Assembly (NCBI RefSeq): GCF_000143415.4
Contig: NW_003314346.1
Location: 488,705 to 552,704, forward strand
From: Selaginella moellendorffii
Taxonomy: Eukaryota > Plantae > Lycopodiophyta
Length of the DNA: 64,000 nt
Direction: 5' to 3'
Part shown: piece by piece, positions 10,901-23,226 of the stretch
Numbering within the stretch: position 1 is the first letter of the stretch
Layout: each line of letters starts with the position of its first letter
Notes under the pieces: model-generated
Databases searched by the model: none
Told to the model about the DNA's origin: nothing
What the model saw: the letters and a program-made list of their open reading frames with translations, nothing else
Made by a program: the position numbers and the translations under genes

Positions 10901-11944
10901 GTCTGAGTCCGAGTCCGAGTCCGAGTCCGAGTCTGAGTTCGAGTCTGAGAGGGTGAAAGCCCAAAGCGTTCGTCTCCCAAACCCTGGGGGGTTTGGTGAG
11001 CTCCAAAAGTATAGTAGGGGGAGGACTACAGTGGAGCCAGTTTGGCCAGGAAAGGCCAGTTTGGCCCAGGAAGGCCAGACCCAGTGTTGGGTGATGAACT
11101 GACCACTGGGAAGTCCAAGACTAGAGTGAATACAGACCGACAGGCGGGGTAGCTTGGTGAAGTGTTCAAGAGCCGGCTCTAGTTCCCCCGGGAGATCGAC
11201 TGGCCAATGCTCCCAGTCCAAGTGTGGGTGACACTACCTACTTGGATACCAGGCGTGGCTCAACGGAACCTCGCTCTAAGCCCATGGCTAGAGCACCTAA
11301 AGGCGAAAGGTGGGGAGAGTACCCAGGTGGCTCGCGTAAGGCCATGGTGTTCCGAAATGTTGTCCCAAAGGCCCAGACTGTGGAAAGGAAGAGGAGCAAT
11401 CCTCTGGGGCAGTGACCAAGGACACAGTCGTGTGGCGAGGAAGTCCCAGAGGACCGTGGGACTTAGTGGTCAGGTCGGTGGGCCTCGATCCAGTGGTAGT
11501 GGTGGTGAACACGGCCGTGGGCAGAAAGGGACTTGGTGGGGACCAGAAAAGGGATATTGGGGAAGGCTATTCCCCATGTCTGCGGGCATCCTAAAGATGC
11601 TAAGGAGTGGATCTGGAATGATCACTCATGGACGGATGGTCCAGTCCTTGAGAGATGGGATTTTGATGCAGGTGGGGTTAGACCACCGGTATGACCAAGG
11701 TAAAGGGGCATGGCCTTAGCGTAATGGGCTGGTATGTCGGTGGTACCTTGGGGTGTCAGTCTTAGGACCGGACACGTGGAGCACTTGGACTAAGTGCAAG
11801 GGATGAGTGGCATGGATGCCATTCTCAGGGCTAGCAAGTCCCAAGTCCTGAATTGGACTTAAGGAGGTGGTGAGTGAGACCCCTCCAAGTGGTCGAAGGT
11901 GTGGTTAAGTGACTAAAGTAGAATGGAAAAATTAGTCGCTTACA
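7963..11944 (+). mobile_element. LTR retroelement A: non-coding 3' internal region, PPT and 3' LTR (10144-11944)
   Basis: Purine-rich GGGTGGTGGAG (10132-10142) followed by TGTGAGAC; LTR ends ...GGAAAAATTAGTCGCTTACA; shares blocks (GGGTGAAAGCCCAAAGCGT.CGTCTCCCA, CCAAAAGTATAGTAGGG) with LTR B. Confidence 0.7.
10376..10948. repeat. GAGATGGAGTCC/GAGATGGACCC 11-12-mer array grading into (GAGACC)n and (GAGTCC)n hexamers inside LTR A
   Basis: Directly visible; source of the spurious RS/RD/ET-repeat ORFs. Confidence 0.95.
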
Positions 11945-13226
11945 GCTAGTAGATGTCGCGAATGACTCTCTACCAAAGTTGCTCGTGTAATGAGTAACTT
12001 TGAGTTAGGGACTGGATCACATACCTCAGTTTGGACTTCACCCGATTTGATGGCCATATTGGCTCTGGCCTTCTTCGGGTAGGGACATTCCCTCGAAAAG
12101 TGTCCCGCTTCACCGCAGTTGTAGCATACATTGTTTCCCACGCTGCTATACGACTTGACCTTCTTATCCGTGGGTTTGTCTTTTTTCGCTTGACTCCCCC
12201 ATGTACTCGCTCGCTGGCCACCGGATTTGCCTTTCCGGAACCCCGAGGGCTCATATTCTTAGAGAAGCTCTTCTTGAATTTCCCTCTGCTAAACGTTCCC
12301 CTTGGTTTGGCCCCTTTCCTAAACGTGGATCCCGACCCCGTCGTGTTCCCCTTTCGCAGGTTATCATTGAAATGCACCTTGATGGCCGCATCCAACGCTT
12401 CCTTGTAGTTGGTCGGGTTCCACCACATCACTTCACCGCGAGCCTAGGTTTGCAAACCTAATATGAAGGCATGGAACACATCCATATCCCCCATGTCCGT
12501 GACAAGTATCCTCTTTGCCATAAACCCATTCTCATACTCCTGAATGGTTCTGGTCTGCTTCAGCCTACTCAACTTGTCTCTTAGATGCAGAGTAGCATTC
12601 GGAGGAACGTAAGTCGCGCGGATCCTCGCCTTCATCATTTCCCAAGTGGCCATCGGTCCTTCGTTGGCCTCTGTCGTTCTCCACCAGGACTTGGCATTAT
12701 CTGCCAAGTATGGTTTTGCACATGGGACTTTCTCCGAGCTTGGTAACCGCAACGCTCGGAAGTAGTCCTCCATATCATAAAACCAATCCTCCACCACCTT
12801 ATAGTCATTCACTCCCTTGAAGACCGGTGGGGGCTTTGGTTTATACTTGGGAACTACCTGAGGGACTGATTCCACTTCGGTTTGTTCGACTTTGTTTGGT
12901 TCTGCCTCAGTCCCTACCGAAGGGTCCGCACCCTCTGCGCTGCTAGCATCTGCAGTCTTTCACTTTTTCTTCCGCTTCTCGTCACGCTTTAACTTGCGTA
13001 CGAGAGTCTCTAGCAGGGCATTGGTTTGTGCCAATTATCCTTCTAGAACGTTCAATCGAGCATTGGACGACCGAACCTCACCACCAGACTCATGTTTGGA
13101 AGTTGCCTCACTGGAGTCCTCCTCGTGCAAGGATTCCTCATCCATAGCCTCCTGTTCGACCGGAGGCTCCAGCTCTAGAGGAGGTTCCGTCTCCGCCTGA
13201 GTTTGCTTACGTCCTGCCCTTGCCAT
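11945..13226 (-). pseudogene. gag: Gag pseudogene (retrotransposon gag domain + CCHC zinc knuckle)
   Basis: KPKPPPVFKG...VEDWFYDMEDYF...YLADNAKSWW...LRDKLSRLKQT; CYNCGEAGHFSREC; in-frame stops at 13035 and 12444; frameshift before the knuckle. Confidence 0.9.
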
Positions 13227-14399
13227 CCCCTAGCAATCCGCCTCTATCCTTCGCTAGAACTGAGAAAGAGGTTCCGATACCAAATTGTAAGCCACAAATT
13301 TTTCCTTTCCAATTTGCTAGCTTACCTTGTCTATCCGACCAACTCTGCCTTGGCTCGTGCTAAGTTCCCTCGCCAAGGTTCTCGCCTATGGTACCAGCTC
13401 CTACTTAATTCTACTTGGTTTCAGCTACTCACTGCACGAGCAATGGAGTGTTAACCATCCATCTACGGATTCCCAAATCTCTCCCAATCCCCCTCCCCGG
13501 GTTAGACTGGGCTTAAGGTTCGGCTACACTCCCCGCAGGCACAAGCAGCCAAGCACACCAAGCCTCTAGGTTCCTAACACCCCTTGGTACCACAAGACTT
13601 GATCATGGGACCCTCTAAATCCCAAGTCTTGGGTGCAACACTTGCTTCGGGACGTCGGGGCGAAACACCGTGGCCTAACGGCCCGGTATGCCCCACTTCC
13701 ATCCCGAAGGGAAGGCCTAAGCCCCTAGGAAGGGCGAGGACCAATGAGCCACAAGGTATTCAAGTGGGGCACCACTCCACATGAGTCGGGAGCACCGCAG
13801 TCGGTTTCCCTTTCGGGAGTGGGAGCTGCTCTTGAGCACTTCCCTGGGTGGCCCCTCTAGCACCACTCAAGCCCATGCTCACTCCCACCCAAGGCCCCTT
13901 GGCCCCAGTCTCAACCTCAAGTCAGTTTGGAAGCACCACTGAAGAGTTCCTTCAAGACTGGTTCCTGGACCTCACTATCCCTACTATACTTTTGGAACCC
14001 CCTGCAGCCCCCCCCCCCCCCTGGGAGACGCACGCTTTGGGCTTTCACCCCTTGACCCGTATTAGTATTTGGACTTAGTCTCTGGCTCGATCTCGGACCC
14101 GATTTTGGATCCGACTTCGGATTCAGTCTTGGACTCGATCTCGAACTCGATCTCGGACCCGATCTCGGACTCGACCTCGGACTCGACCTCGGACTCGGTC
14201 TCGGACCCGATTTCAGATCTCAAACTCTGTCTCGAACTCGGACTCAAACTCAGTCCCCGAGTCGGTCTCGGACTCGATTCCAGACTCTATCTCGAACTCG
14301 GTCCTAGAGTCGGTCTTGGAGTCGATCTTCGACTTGGTCCCATCCGATGAACTCTTTGTCATTTTGGTCATGCTTTTGGGGTTTCTTTAGCCTACGACA
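11945..14399 (-). mobile_element. Ty3/Gypsy element B: 5' LTR (~14399-13286), tRNA-Met-like PBS, decayed gag; truncated by element A
   Basis: On the minus strand the LTR runs TGTCGTAGG...GTGGCTTACA, followed by TGGTATCGGAAC (13282-13271); gag follows directly. Confidence 0.8.
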
Positions 14400-14559
14400 C
14401 CTCGGCGAGTTGGTTCCTTACACTTCAATAGCTCGCCCATTGATGATTTCCCAAGGACTTGCCCCAATACTCGAATGTGGTGAATTGTTATGGTATATTT
14501 CTACAAGTCCCAAATGACTTATTCAATCAGTCTGGTTTCTGGAGATATAACATCGCAAA

Positions 14560-14900
14560 TAATCTTCCAACTGCCTATTCACCTTTTCCATTTGTTTATA
14601 TGTCAAGAAGTGTTATTACTATCATACTTGATTTAATACCTAATACCTTTTTATGGGTGATAAACTATGCTAAATTTTAACTTGGTGCAATACTACTCCA
14701 TGAGAGTTCTCTAGAACTTATTGGTGAAAATCTTATCTCAATCTGAGATAATTTCTTTTGGCCTTCCCCACACTCAAACCACTTGTTTGAAGAATAGTTT
14801 AACCACACCTTTCGCATCCACTTCCATTATGGTGGGTATGAAATGTATTATCTTAGAAAATCAATCCACACCACAAATATCACATCAAACCCCTTACTTA
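14560..14900 (-). pseudogene. Decayed Gypsy integrase (rve core) fragment
   Basis: Minus-strand translation VD*FSKIIHFIP...KLFFKQVV*VWGRPKEIISD*DKIFTNKF*...KLKFSIVYHP matches the VDRFSK..HFIP / G.P..IVSDRD / FSTAYHP consensus. Confidence 0.75.
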
Positions 14901-15121
14901 GGAGGAGTCCCGTAATGAAGTCCATCATAAGACATTTCTGAGGACAATTTGGAATTATAAGACTTTATAATAAACCCCCACTAGCCTTAGTTATGGCTTT
15001 GACTTATTGAGATATTAGACATGTCTTTACATAATCTTAAATGTCTTTAACCATGTTTGGCTAGTGATACTTTCTCTTGAGTAAATCCATAATCTTAGGA
15101 TTTTGCCAAGGGGAAAAATAA

Positions 15122-15289
15122 TACAAGGTCAAGGCCATCCTCAATGCATGCAAAAGCAAGTGATAAGAACATAAGGTGAGGGAGTTTTATGTAAAGTGGA
15201 AAGAATTTCCACTCTGCGAAACAACATAGGAACCGAAGGAGAATTTAGCGAACATACAAGATCTAGTGGAGGAATTTTTGCAAAGTAGA
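15122..15289 (+). pseudogene. Chromodomain relic (chromovirus integrase C-terminus)
   Basis: YKVKAILNA...EFYVKWKEFPLCETT*EPKENLANIQDLVEEF; the conserved Trp codon is now a stop. Confidence 0.75.
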
Positions 15290-16756
15290 ACTCTATATAT
15301 TTATCCAAAGTTCAATTAAAATATTCATTTATGAAATTGAGCAATATCACATGTTAGGACTTAAACGCGTGTTAAAGGTAAACTAATTAATATGGGTTTA
15401 ACTAAGTCAACCACACATTTTAAGACAATTCAATTTACAGTCTTTATATTGGCCGTTAGGTGAGAATTCATAAACATGGAAATGTACAACTTGGAGGTCA
15501 ATGTTAAGGATTTCTCCTGGCTGGCCGCCTCTTCATGCTTGAATTAGGGGAGACAGACTAGTATTTTCCCATCTTGTAAAGAGTGAAAATTGAAATTAAA
15601 ATTATTAAGATGTCCTATATAATATAGATGCTAATGGGATTGGAGGACAAATAACTATAGCACTTGTCATTGTAGCATATTTGAATCCATCCGTCTCATG
15701 TTTCTTATGGGGTATTGTGAGACTTTGCAAATATGGCATGCAATTTGTAAAAAATATAACTTTGCACACTTAAATTTTATGTCCACATGCCAAATGTTTA
15801 TTGGATAATCTTTTGATGCCTGAACATCTATGACATATGGGTCATGGATGGCGGAATGACTTGGGCTTGCAGTGGGCAAGCTCAAGGGCATCATGCACAA
15901 GTGATCAAACCGGCCTCAAGCTGGGAGGAGGACTAGTAGCAGTCCAAGAACCATAAGATTGTTGATGCCAAGGGCCAAGTATTGCAAGCATTGTGTCAAC
16001 TTGTGGATTGCAACAAGTTAGGCTTGACAGTGCATGATCAAGAGCTCAACAATCCATCCTTCCTGTGCCAGCTCCATGTCTTGGAAAGGGTCTTCAGGAT
16101 CCACAGATGATGGCAATTGCCAAGATCTCAAGAGCATCATCCTCAAGCTTTAGTCATCATGAAGGCCAGGCATCAAGCTGCTCCACAGATAACTTGTGGC
16201 AGTCCAAGGAGGTTTTCCAGCCCCAGAACTTCCGGCTCTCCATGACCAAGCTCTAAGGGGATTTGTCTGCCATCCTTTTATCATATATCTGACTTGGGCA
16301 TATGATAATTAGCTTGAACTCCTGATGGCTTTCTGCTAGGAATACTGTGACTCAATGTACTTTCACCTGCTCGAACCTCTCAGCTCTCATTTCTGGCAAG
16401 GCAATCCACAAGAAATCTACAAAATTTTGTCACTTAGCAAGATTCCAAGCTCTCATGTATTGTATTAGAAGATAACTTTCACCATGGTGTTTTTAATGCC
16501 TGGACAACACGACCTAGTGTTTCCAATCAGTTGCAAGCAAAATCTTTCCTCTTTTAACTATATTATAGATCTTTTTTGTGGAAGAAAAAAAATCTCACCA
16601 ATAACTTTTCCTTTGTTATCCAGCAAGAAAAGATGGTAGCATAATGGTTGGCATCGGTTTTAACACTAAATTTACCCTTGCTAACTGACTAGTATCTTGA
16701 TAAACCGTTAACTAGAAAAAGAGATTTAAACATAATTAACATATAAATTAGGGTTT

Positions 16757-18313
16757 ATGATGAAGAAGAAGAAGAAGAGGGGCAACAAGAAGGCGCCAAT
16801 CCCGGAATCCAGCTCGGATCAGGCGCAAGGAGTGGCGATGGCGGGAGAGGAGGAGGAGGAGGCGGTGAGAAAGGTAGTGGAATGGCCAGAGGATGGAGGA
16901 TTGACGCGAGAATGGGTAATCGGCGTGGGCGAGACCCTGGCGGAGGCGGCCTCCATGCTGAGGCCGCAAGCACTGCGCCAGGTAGTGCCAGTTGGGGTCG
17001 CCGATTCGCTCATCGCCAGGGCTTCCAAGATCATGCACAAGGAGCCCAATTGCTTGCGCCTGGAGCCGCCACGGTCGAGCTCCAGTAGCATCGTCCTGGT
17101 GGGCGATTTGCACGGCCAGCTCCATGATTTGCTCCATCTCTTTGATCTGGCCGGCCTCCCCGACGAGGAACGAATGTTTGTGTTTAACGGGGACTATGTG
17201 GATCGAGGAGCGTGGGGATTCGAGACTTACTTTCTCCTCCTTGCTTGGAAGGTATGATCTCAGAATCACGTTTTCTTTTTTACTTCTCTCTGGTGGTAGT
17301 GAAAGGTGGTATTGTTCTTACTTTTTTTCTTCAGGTATTGCTACCTCACCGAGTGTTTCTTCTGCGAGGAAACCACGAGACAAAGTTCTGTACGAGCGTC
17401 TACGGCTTCGAGAAAGAGATCTCCGTCAAGTTTGGGGAGCATTCTAAGCATGTCTACCGCAAGCTCTTGGGATGTTTCGAGGGCCATCCTCTGGCGGCGG
17501 TGATAGCCGGCAAAGTTTTCATGGCACACGGTGGCTTGTTCCGGAGCTTGGAACTGGGGCCTTCTACGCGATCTTTCTTGGTGAGAGCTGCTGCTAAGCT
17601 CAAGCTGGGTGATCTGGACGACCTTGCAAAGTCGAGAAGAGGCGTGCTGGATCCGTCGGCCGTGGGAAACAACGTGATACCGGGTGATATCTTGTGGTCC
17701 GATCCATCTCCAAACCCGGGGCTTGCGAGCAACGAAGGTCGAGGGATCGGGCTTGTTTTTGGACCGGATTGTACTCAAGAGTTTATGGACAAGCACAAGC
17801 TAAAGGTAAGGTGGTGTTTTGCGTCGTTTGCTCACGATCATTGGCATTGTTCGGCAGTGCAGCTTATAGTGAGATCTCACGAGGGGCCGGATGCGAGACA
17901 GAAGCGTCCCGAGATGGCGAGCATGGACAAAGGCTACACGATCGACCACGTTGTCAAGGCTGGAAAGCTCATCACTCTGTTCAGTGCTCCCGACTATCCC
18001 CAGTTTCAGGTTGGCCTTCTTCATTTCGTGTTTTCTTTCTCCGTAAATGCAACGAAGTTTCGATTGTCAACAATGGCAGGCGACCGAAACTCGGTTTAAC
18101 AACAAAGCAGCCTACATTGTTTTGGAACCACCGGATTTTTGCGAGCCCGACATTCGTGTTTTTGAGGCGGTCCTCCCGCGGCCACATGTAAGCAATTTCG
18201 TTTTGATACTTCCATCCACCGCTTTGGTTGCTTTTCCGCAGGTTATGCCGTATTACGATCATGTTAATGTTATGGATTCAGACGACGAGCTAGATCTGCC
18301 AAAAGACGGATAA
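16757..18313 (+). CDS. PP7: Serine/threonine protein phosphatase 7, intact copy
   Basis: Exons 16757-17251, 17335-17805, 17863-18009, 18080-18187, 18242-18313; GDLHGQ, GDYVDRG, RGNHE, HGG, WSDP, RSHE and PP7-type SAPDYPQFQ. Confidence 0.93.
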
Positions 18314-18451
18314 AACAAATCTAGAAAAATGCCACGATCGCCACCATTAAGGTCCTCGTGGGCGTTGGACTTTTATGCTCGTAGGAGTCAAGAAAATTAT
18401 TGACAATATATTTCCGAGTGAGAGCTGCAAGAGAGCTGCGACAAGGAGAAA

Positions 18452-20051
18452 ATGGCGAGTGATTTTGTTTTGGTTGTGGCGGCAGCACTATCGATCACTG
18501 CTGTGCTATGGAAGCTATGGAGGAGTAGAATTAAATCATCTCTTCTTCCTCCAGGTCCCATTGGGCTTCCACTGATCGGCCATCTCCACTTGCTCTTTGC
18601 CAATCCTCCGCACACCGTGCTCCAGAGGCTGTCGGCTCGCCATGGACCGATCATGTCACTGCGATTCGGGCATGTTCCAGTGGTTGTCGCCTCCAGCCCA
18701 GCAGCCGCCAAGGAGTTCCTCAAGACCCACGACGCCGCCTTTGCGTCTCGCCCGCCGAGCGCCGCCGGGAGGATCATCGTCCACTACAACGCCGACATCG
18801 TTTTCGCCCCCTATGGCGACTCGTGGCGGCACTTGCGCAAGATCGCGACGCTGGAGCTCCTCACAGCTCGCCGGATTGACATGTTTCGGGGCGCGAGAAT
18901 GGAAGAGGTAAAATCCATGTGCCGATCGCTACTAGTGGCGGACGATTGCGAGACAGGGATCGTGGATGTTCGTGGGCGACTGACTGCACTCACCTTCAAT
19001 CTCATCACTTTCATGCTCATGGGCAAGCGCTACTTTGGCAAAGATGCAGAGAATGATGAAGGGGCAAGGAAGTTCTTAGAGGTAATTGCAGGTACGTTTG
19101 AGGTATGTGGAGAGTTTCCAATTGGGGATTATTTCCCATGGTTCCCCAAATTCCTGGATCCAGCAGAACGTCGTATGCATTTCCTAGCTAAATCCTTGCA
19201 CAAATTCCTTAGTGACAATATCACCGAGCACGAGAATAGGAGAAATAACAGTGAGAAAAATAACACTGACAAAGATTTCTTGGACATCCTTCTCTCTCTG
19301 AGAGACAATGGTGATGAGCATCTACAAAACAAAAACATCATAAGTGTCATGACGGTAAGAAGAAAAGTTTATCAATTCGGTCAATCAGTCTCATCACTCG
19401 AGATCTTTTTCTTGGCAGAACTTGGTCACAGCTGGAACCGACACCTCAGCAGTGACACTCGAGTGGGCAATGGCTGAGTCGATAAAAAACCCCACCATTG
19501 CCGCCAAAGCCCGAGAAGAAATCGAGCTAGTTCTCGGCGAGAAGTGGAGGACGAAGATGGTGGAAGAGCCTGATCTTTCACAGCTAACTTATCTCCAAGC
19601 CATCGTCAAGGAGACACTCCGGCTGCATCCTGCGGTACCGCTGCTGGTCCCCCACCAATCCACCGAGGCGGTTAGCAATGTAATGGGGTACCATGTTCCG
19701 CGCGGCACGACGGTGCTCATCAACGCCTACACCATCGCCAGAGACTCTACCGCCTGGGGTGACGACGCGCTGCTCTTCCGGCCCGAGAGATTCCTTGGCA
19801 CAGATCTGGACATCCGGGGCAGGGACTTCGAGGCGGTGCCGTTTGGATCGGGGCGGCGACAATGCCCAGGAATGGCACTGGCGCTCACCACTGTCCATCT
19901 CACGCTCGCCAACCTCCTCCATGGATTCGAGTGGAGAGAGCCCAGCGGTGAGAGCATCGACACGAGCAAGGAGCAGTATGGATTGGCGCTGCTCTTGGCA
20001 AAGAAGCTGCGACTGATCGCCACCCCACGGCTAGAACAAGGTACCTTATAG
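18452..20051 (+). CDS. Cytochrome P450, CYP71 clan (copy 1, ~511 aa)
   Basis: Exons 18452-19354 and 19419-20051 (single phase-0 intron); [30 protein letters not shown]. Confidence 0.95.
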
Positions 20052-20329
20052 CTCCGATCCAAAGAAAGCTTGGAAGAATAGCTTCCTTGACAAACCATGA
20101 ATAAGAAAGAAACCACGAACTTTGCACTATCTCTCCAAACGGACACTGCCGGCCTCATCAGGAGCCTCCTTGCGAATGCGATTTTTGCATGGCATGGATA
20201 TTTTTATAACAAATATAAAGATAATTTGTAAGTATTAAATATTCTGAAGAAATTGTTGAAGACTTGGAAAAGAATAGACCAAGAGTAGATTGTTGGATCT
20301 AATTTGATTTCCAAGTGTGATTGAAGCTC

Positions 20330-21230
20330 TTGTTAATGTTCAGCTTATCAGCGGCTTGACAACATCTACGTTATTGCTTGCAACGTGCATAGCTAATAAG
20401 GGGGTCGGCACTCTTGTTCTTCCTTGCAGCCCGCATAGATTGGAGCAAGGGATTGGACAGGTTGCACTCCGATGACAAGAAGTCCAAAAGCTTATCTTCA
20501 TCTTCGCTTAGAAGAGTTGTGGTGCTCTCCAACAACAGCTTCCAGCAGTGTCCACATTCCTGAGCTCGACCCTGTGAAGCAGAAACGCACAAGCCCCAAT
20601 GAATTTGATCCGTGCACCACATTCTTGCACCAAGCTTCCCCCCACCATATGCTTGAGAAACATCTCCAAGAAGCAGAAGGCAGTCTAGCGGTACCTGGCC
20701 TCGTGCACACGCATCGTGCAGCTCCTTGAAAGCATCACTAGCCAGTTCAAAGGCAATGTTCTTGAAGCCCTGCAGCGAGACAGTCATAAACCAGGTGCCA
20801 AACTCTAAAACTGATCTCCACTTGCTCTCAGATACCAAGCTTCTCCAATGCTGGCGCATCCTCATCTCTGCTTGTGTTGTGGCTTGCAACTGGCCGTAGT
20901 CTGAAATGCTGGTGTAGAGATAACTCAGCTTCTGGTGTGCATTGCCATGCCTCTAACGCCATCGTAAACTCTATCATCTCAGCTTGGGGGAAGAAAGCCT
21001 TGGGAGGGCGTAGCTCTGGGAGAGGCTTCACTTCCATAGCTTGCCTGTTCAGCCGCCGCTCCAGCACGCTTCCCTTCTGCAATCTATTTCCTACCACCTT
21101 TCTAATCTCAGGCTTGGATATCCCCTCCCAGGAACCATACGCCAACACATCCAGCGACTGTTGGATTTGGATGGAATCCCCCTTGTTCTTCTTCAGTGCC
21201 TACAAAGCTTTCGTAAGCATCATCAGATCT
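20330..21230 (-). pseudogene. Fragmented gene relic with an ankyrin-like C-terminal piece (unit 1)
   Basis: Frameshifted ORF pieces (ELHDACARGQV; the unit-4 copy reads NPLLAMHVASTNVDVVKPLIS); recurs in every repeat unit with different indels. Confidence 0.45.
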
Positions 21231-21263
21231 GTGGAGCATGTTCTATTTTTATAGCTTGGATCG

Positions 21264-21604
21264 TTAAAAGGTACTTTGTTCCAGGCGAGGGGTGGAGATC
21301 AATCGCAGCTTGTTTGCCATGAGCAACGTCAATCCATATTGCTCGTTGCTCGTGTTGATACTCTCACCGCTGGGTTCTCCACTCGAATCCATGGAGGAGG
21401 TTGGCGAGCGTGAGATGGACAGTGGTGAGTGCCAGTGCCATTCCCGGGCATTGTCGCCGCCCCGATCCAAACGGCACTGCCTCGAAGTCCCTGCCCCGGA
21501 TGTCCAGATCCGTGCCAAGGAATCTCTCGGGCCGGAAGAGCAGCGCATCGTCACCCCAGGCGGAAGAGTCTCTGGCGATGGCATAGGCGTTGATGAGCAC
21601 CGTC
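21264..21604 (-). pseudogene. 3' fragment (~340 bp) of the minus-strand P450 (copy-4 type)
   Basis: [12 protein letters not shown]...[11 protein letters not shown]...RLEQSTF; the C-terminus matches 31828..33426; abuts PP7 sequence. Confidence 0.9.
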
Positions 21605-23085
21605 GAAGAAGAGCGGCAACAAGAAGGCGCCAATCCCGGAATCCAGCTCGGATAGGCGCAAGGAGTAGCGATGGCGGCAGAGGAGGAGGCGGTGAGCAAG
21701 GTAGTGGAATGGCCAGAGGATGGGGATTGACGCGAGAATGGGTAATCGGCGTGGGCGAGACCCTGGCGGAGGCGGCCTCCATGCTGAGGCCGCAAGCACT
21801 GCGCCAGGTAGTGCCAGTCGCGGTCGCCGATTCGCTCATCGCCAGGGCTTCCAAGATCATGCACAAGGAGCCCAATTGCTTGCGCCTGGAGCCGATTTGC
21901 ACGGCCAGCTCCATGATTTGCTCCATCTCTTCGATCTGGCCGGCCTCCCCGACGAATGTTTGTGTTTAACGGGGACTATGTGGATCGAGGAGCGTGGGGA
22001 TTCGAGACTTACTTTCTCCTCCTTGCTTGGAAGGTATGATATCGGTTTTTTTTTTTTACTTCTTTCTGGTGGTAGTGAAAGTTGGTATTTTTCTTCTTTT
22101 CTTCAGGTATTGCTACCTCACCGAGTGTTTCTTCTGCGAGGAAACCACGAGACAAAGTTCTGTACGAGCGTCTACGGCTTCGAAAAAGAGAACTCCGTCA
22201 AGTTTGGGGAGCATTCCAAGCATGTCTATCGCAAGCTCTTGGGATGTTTCGAGTGCCATCCTCTGGCGGCGGTGATAGCCGGCAAAGTTTTCATGGCACA
22301 CGGTGGCTTGTTCTGGAGCTTAAAACCGGGGCCTTATACGCGATCTTTCTTGGTGAGAGCTGCTGCTAAGCTCAAGCTGGGTGATCTGGACGACCTTGCA
22401 AAGTCGAGAAGAGGCGTGCTGGATCCGTCGGCCATGGGAAACAACGTGATACCGGGTGATATCTTGTGGTCCGATCCATCTCCAAACCCGGGGCTTGCGA
22501 GCAACGAAGGTCGAGGGATCGGGCTTGTTTTTGGACTGGATTGTACTCAAGAGTTTATGGACAAGCACAAGCTAAAGGTAAGGTGGTGTTTTGCGTCGTT
22601 TGCTCACGATCATTGGCATTGTTCGGCAGTGCAGCTTATAGTGAGATGTCACGAGGGGCCGGATGCGAGACAGAAGCGTCCCGAGATGGCGAGCATGGAC
22701 AAAGGCTACACGATCGACCACGTTGTCAAGGCTGGAAAGCTCATCACTCTGTTCAGTGCTCCCGACTATCCCCAGTTTCAGGTTGGCCTTCTTCATTTCG
22801 TGTTTTCTTTCTCCGTAAATGCAACGAAGTTTCGATTGTCAACAATGGCAGGTGACCGAAACTCGTTTTAACAACAAAGCAGCCTACATTGTTTTGGAAC
22901 CACCGGATTTTTGCAAGCCCGACATTTGTGTTTTTGAGGCGGTCCTCCCGCGGCCACATGTAAGCAATTTCGTTTTGATACTTCCATCCACCGCTTTGGT
23001 TGCTTTTCCGCAGGTTATGCCGTATTACGATCATGTTAATGTTATGGATTCAGACGACGAGCTAGATCTGCCAAAAGACGGATAA
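21605..23085 (+). pseudogene. PP7: PP7 pseudogene (copy 2)
   Basis: 5'-truncated; deletions and frameshifts in exon 1 disrupt GDLHG; RSHE changed to RCHE. Confidence 0.88.
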
Positions 23086-23226
23086 AACAAATCTAGAAAA
23101 ATTCCACGACTGCCACCTTTGAGGTCCTCGTGGGCGTTGGACTTTTATGCTTGTAGGAGTCAAGAAGATCATCCGTGACAATATATTTCCGAGTGAGAGC
23201 TGCAAAAGAGCTGCGACAAGGAGAAA

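Noticed and set aside
10081-11006. SR/RD-repeat splicing-factor-like ORFs
   Set aside because: Hexamer satellite inside an LTR, open in several frames; no RRM
7966-11949. GCTAG at 7966-7970 and 11945-11949 as a target-site duplication
   Set aside because: No 5' LTR follows the left copy; a 5-bp match can be chance
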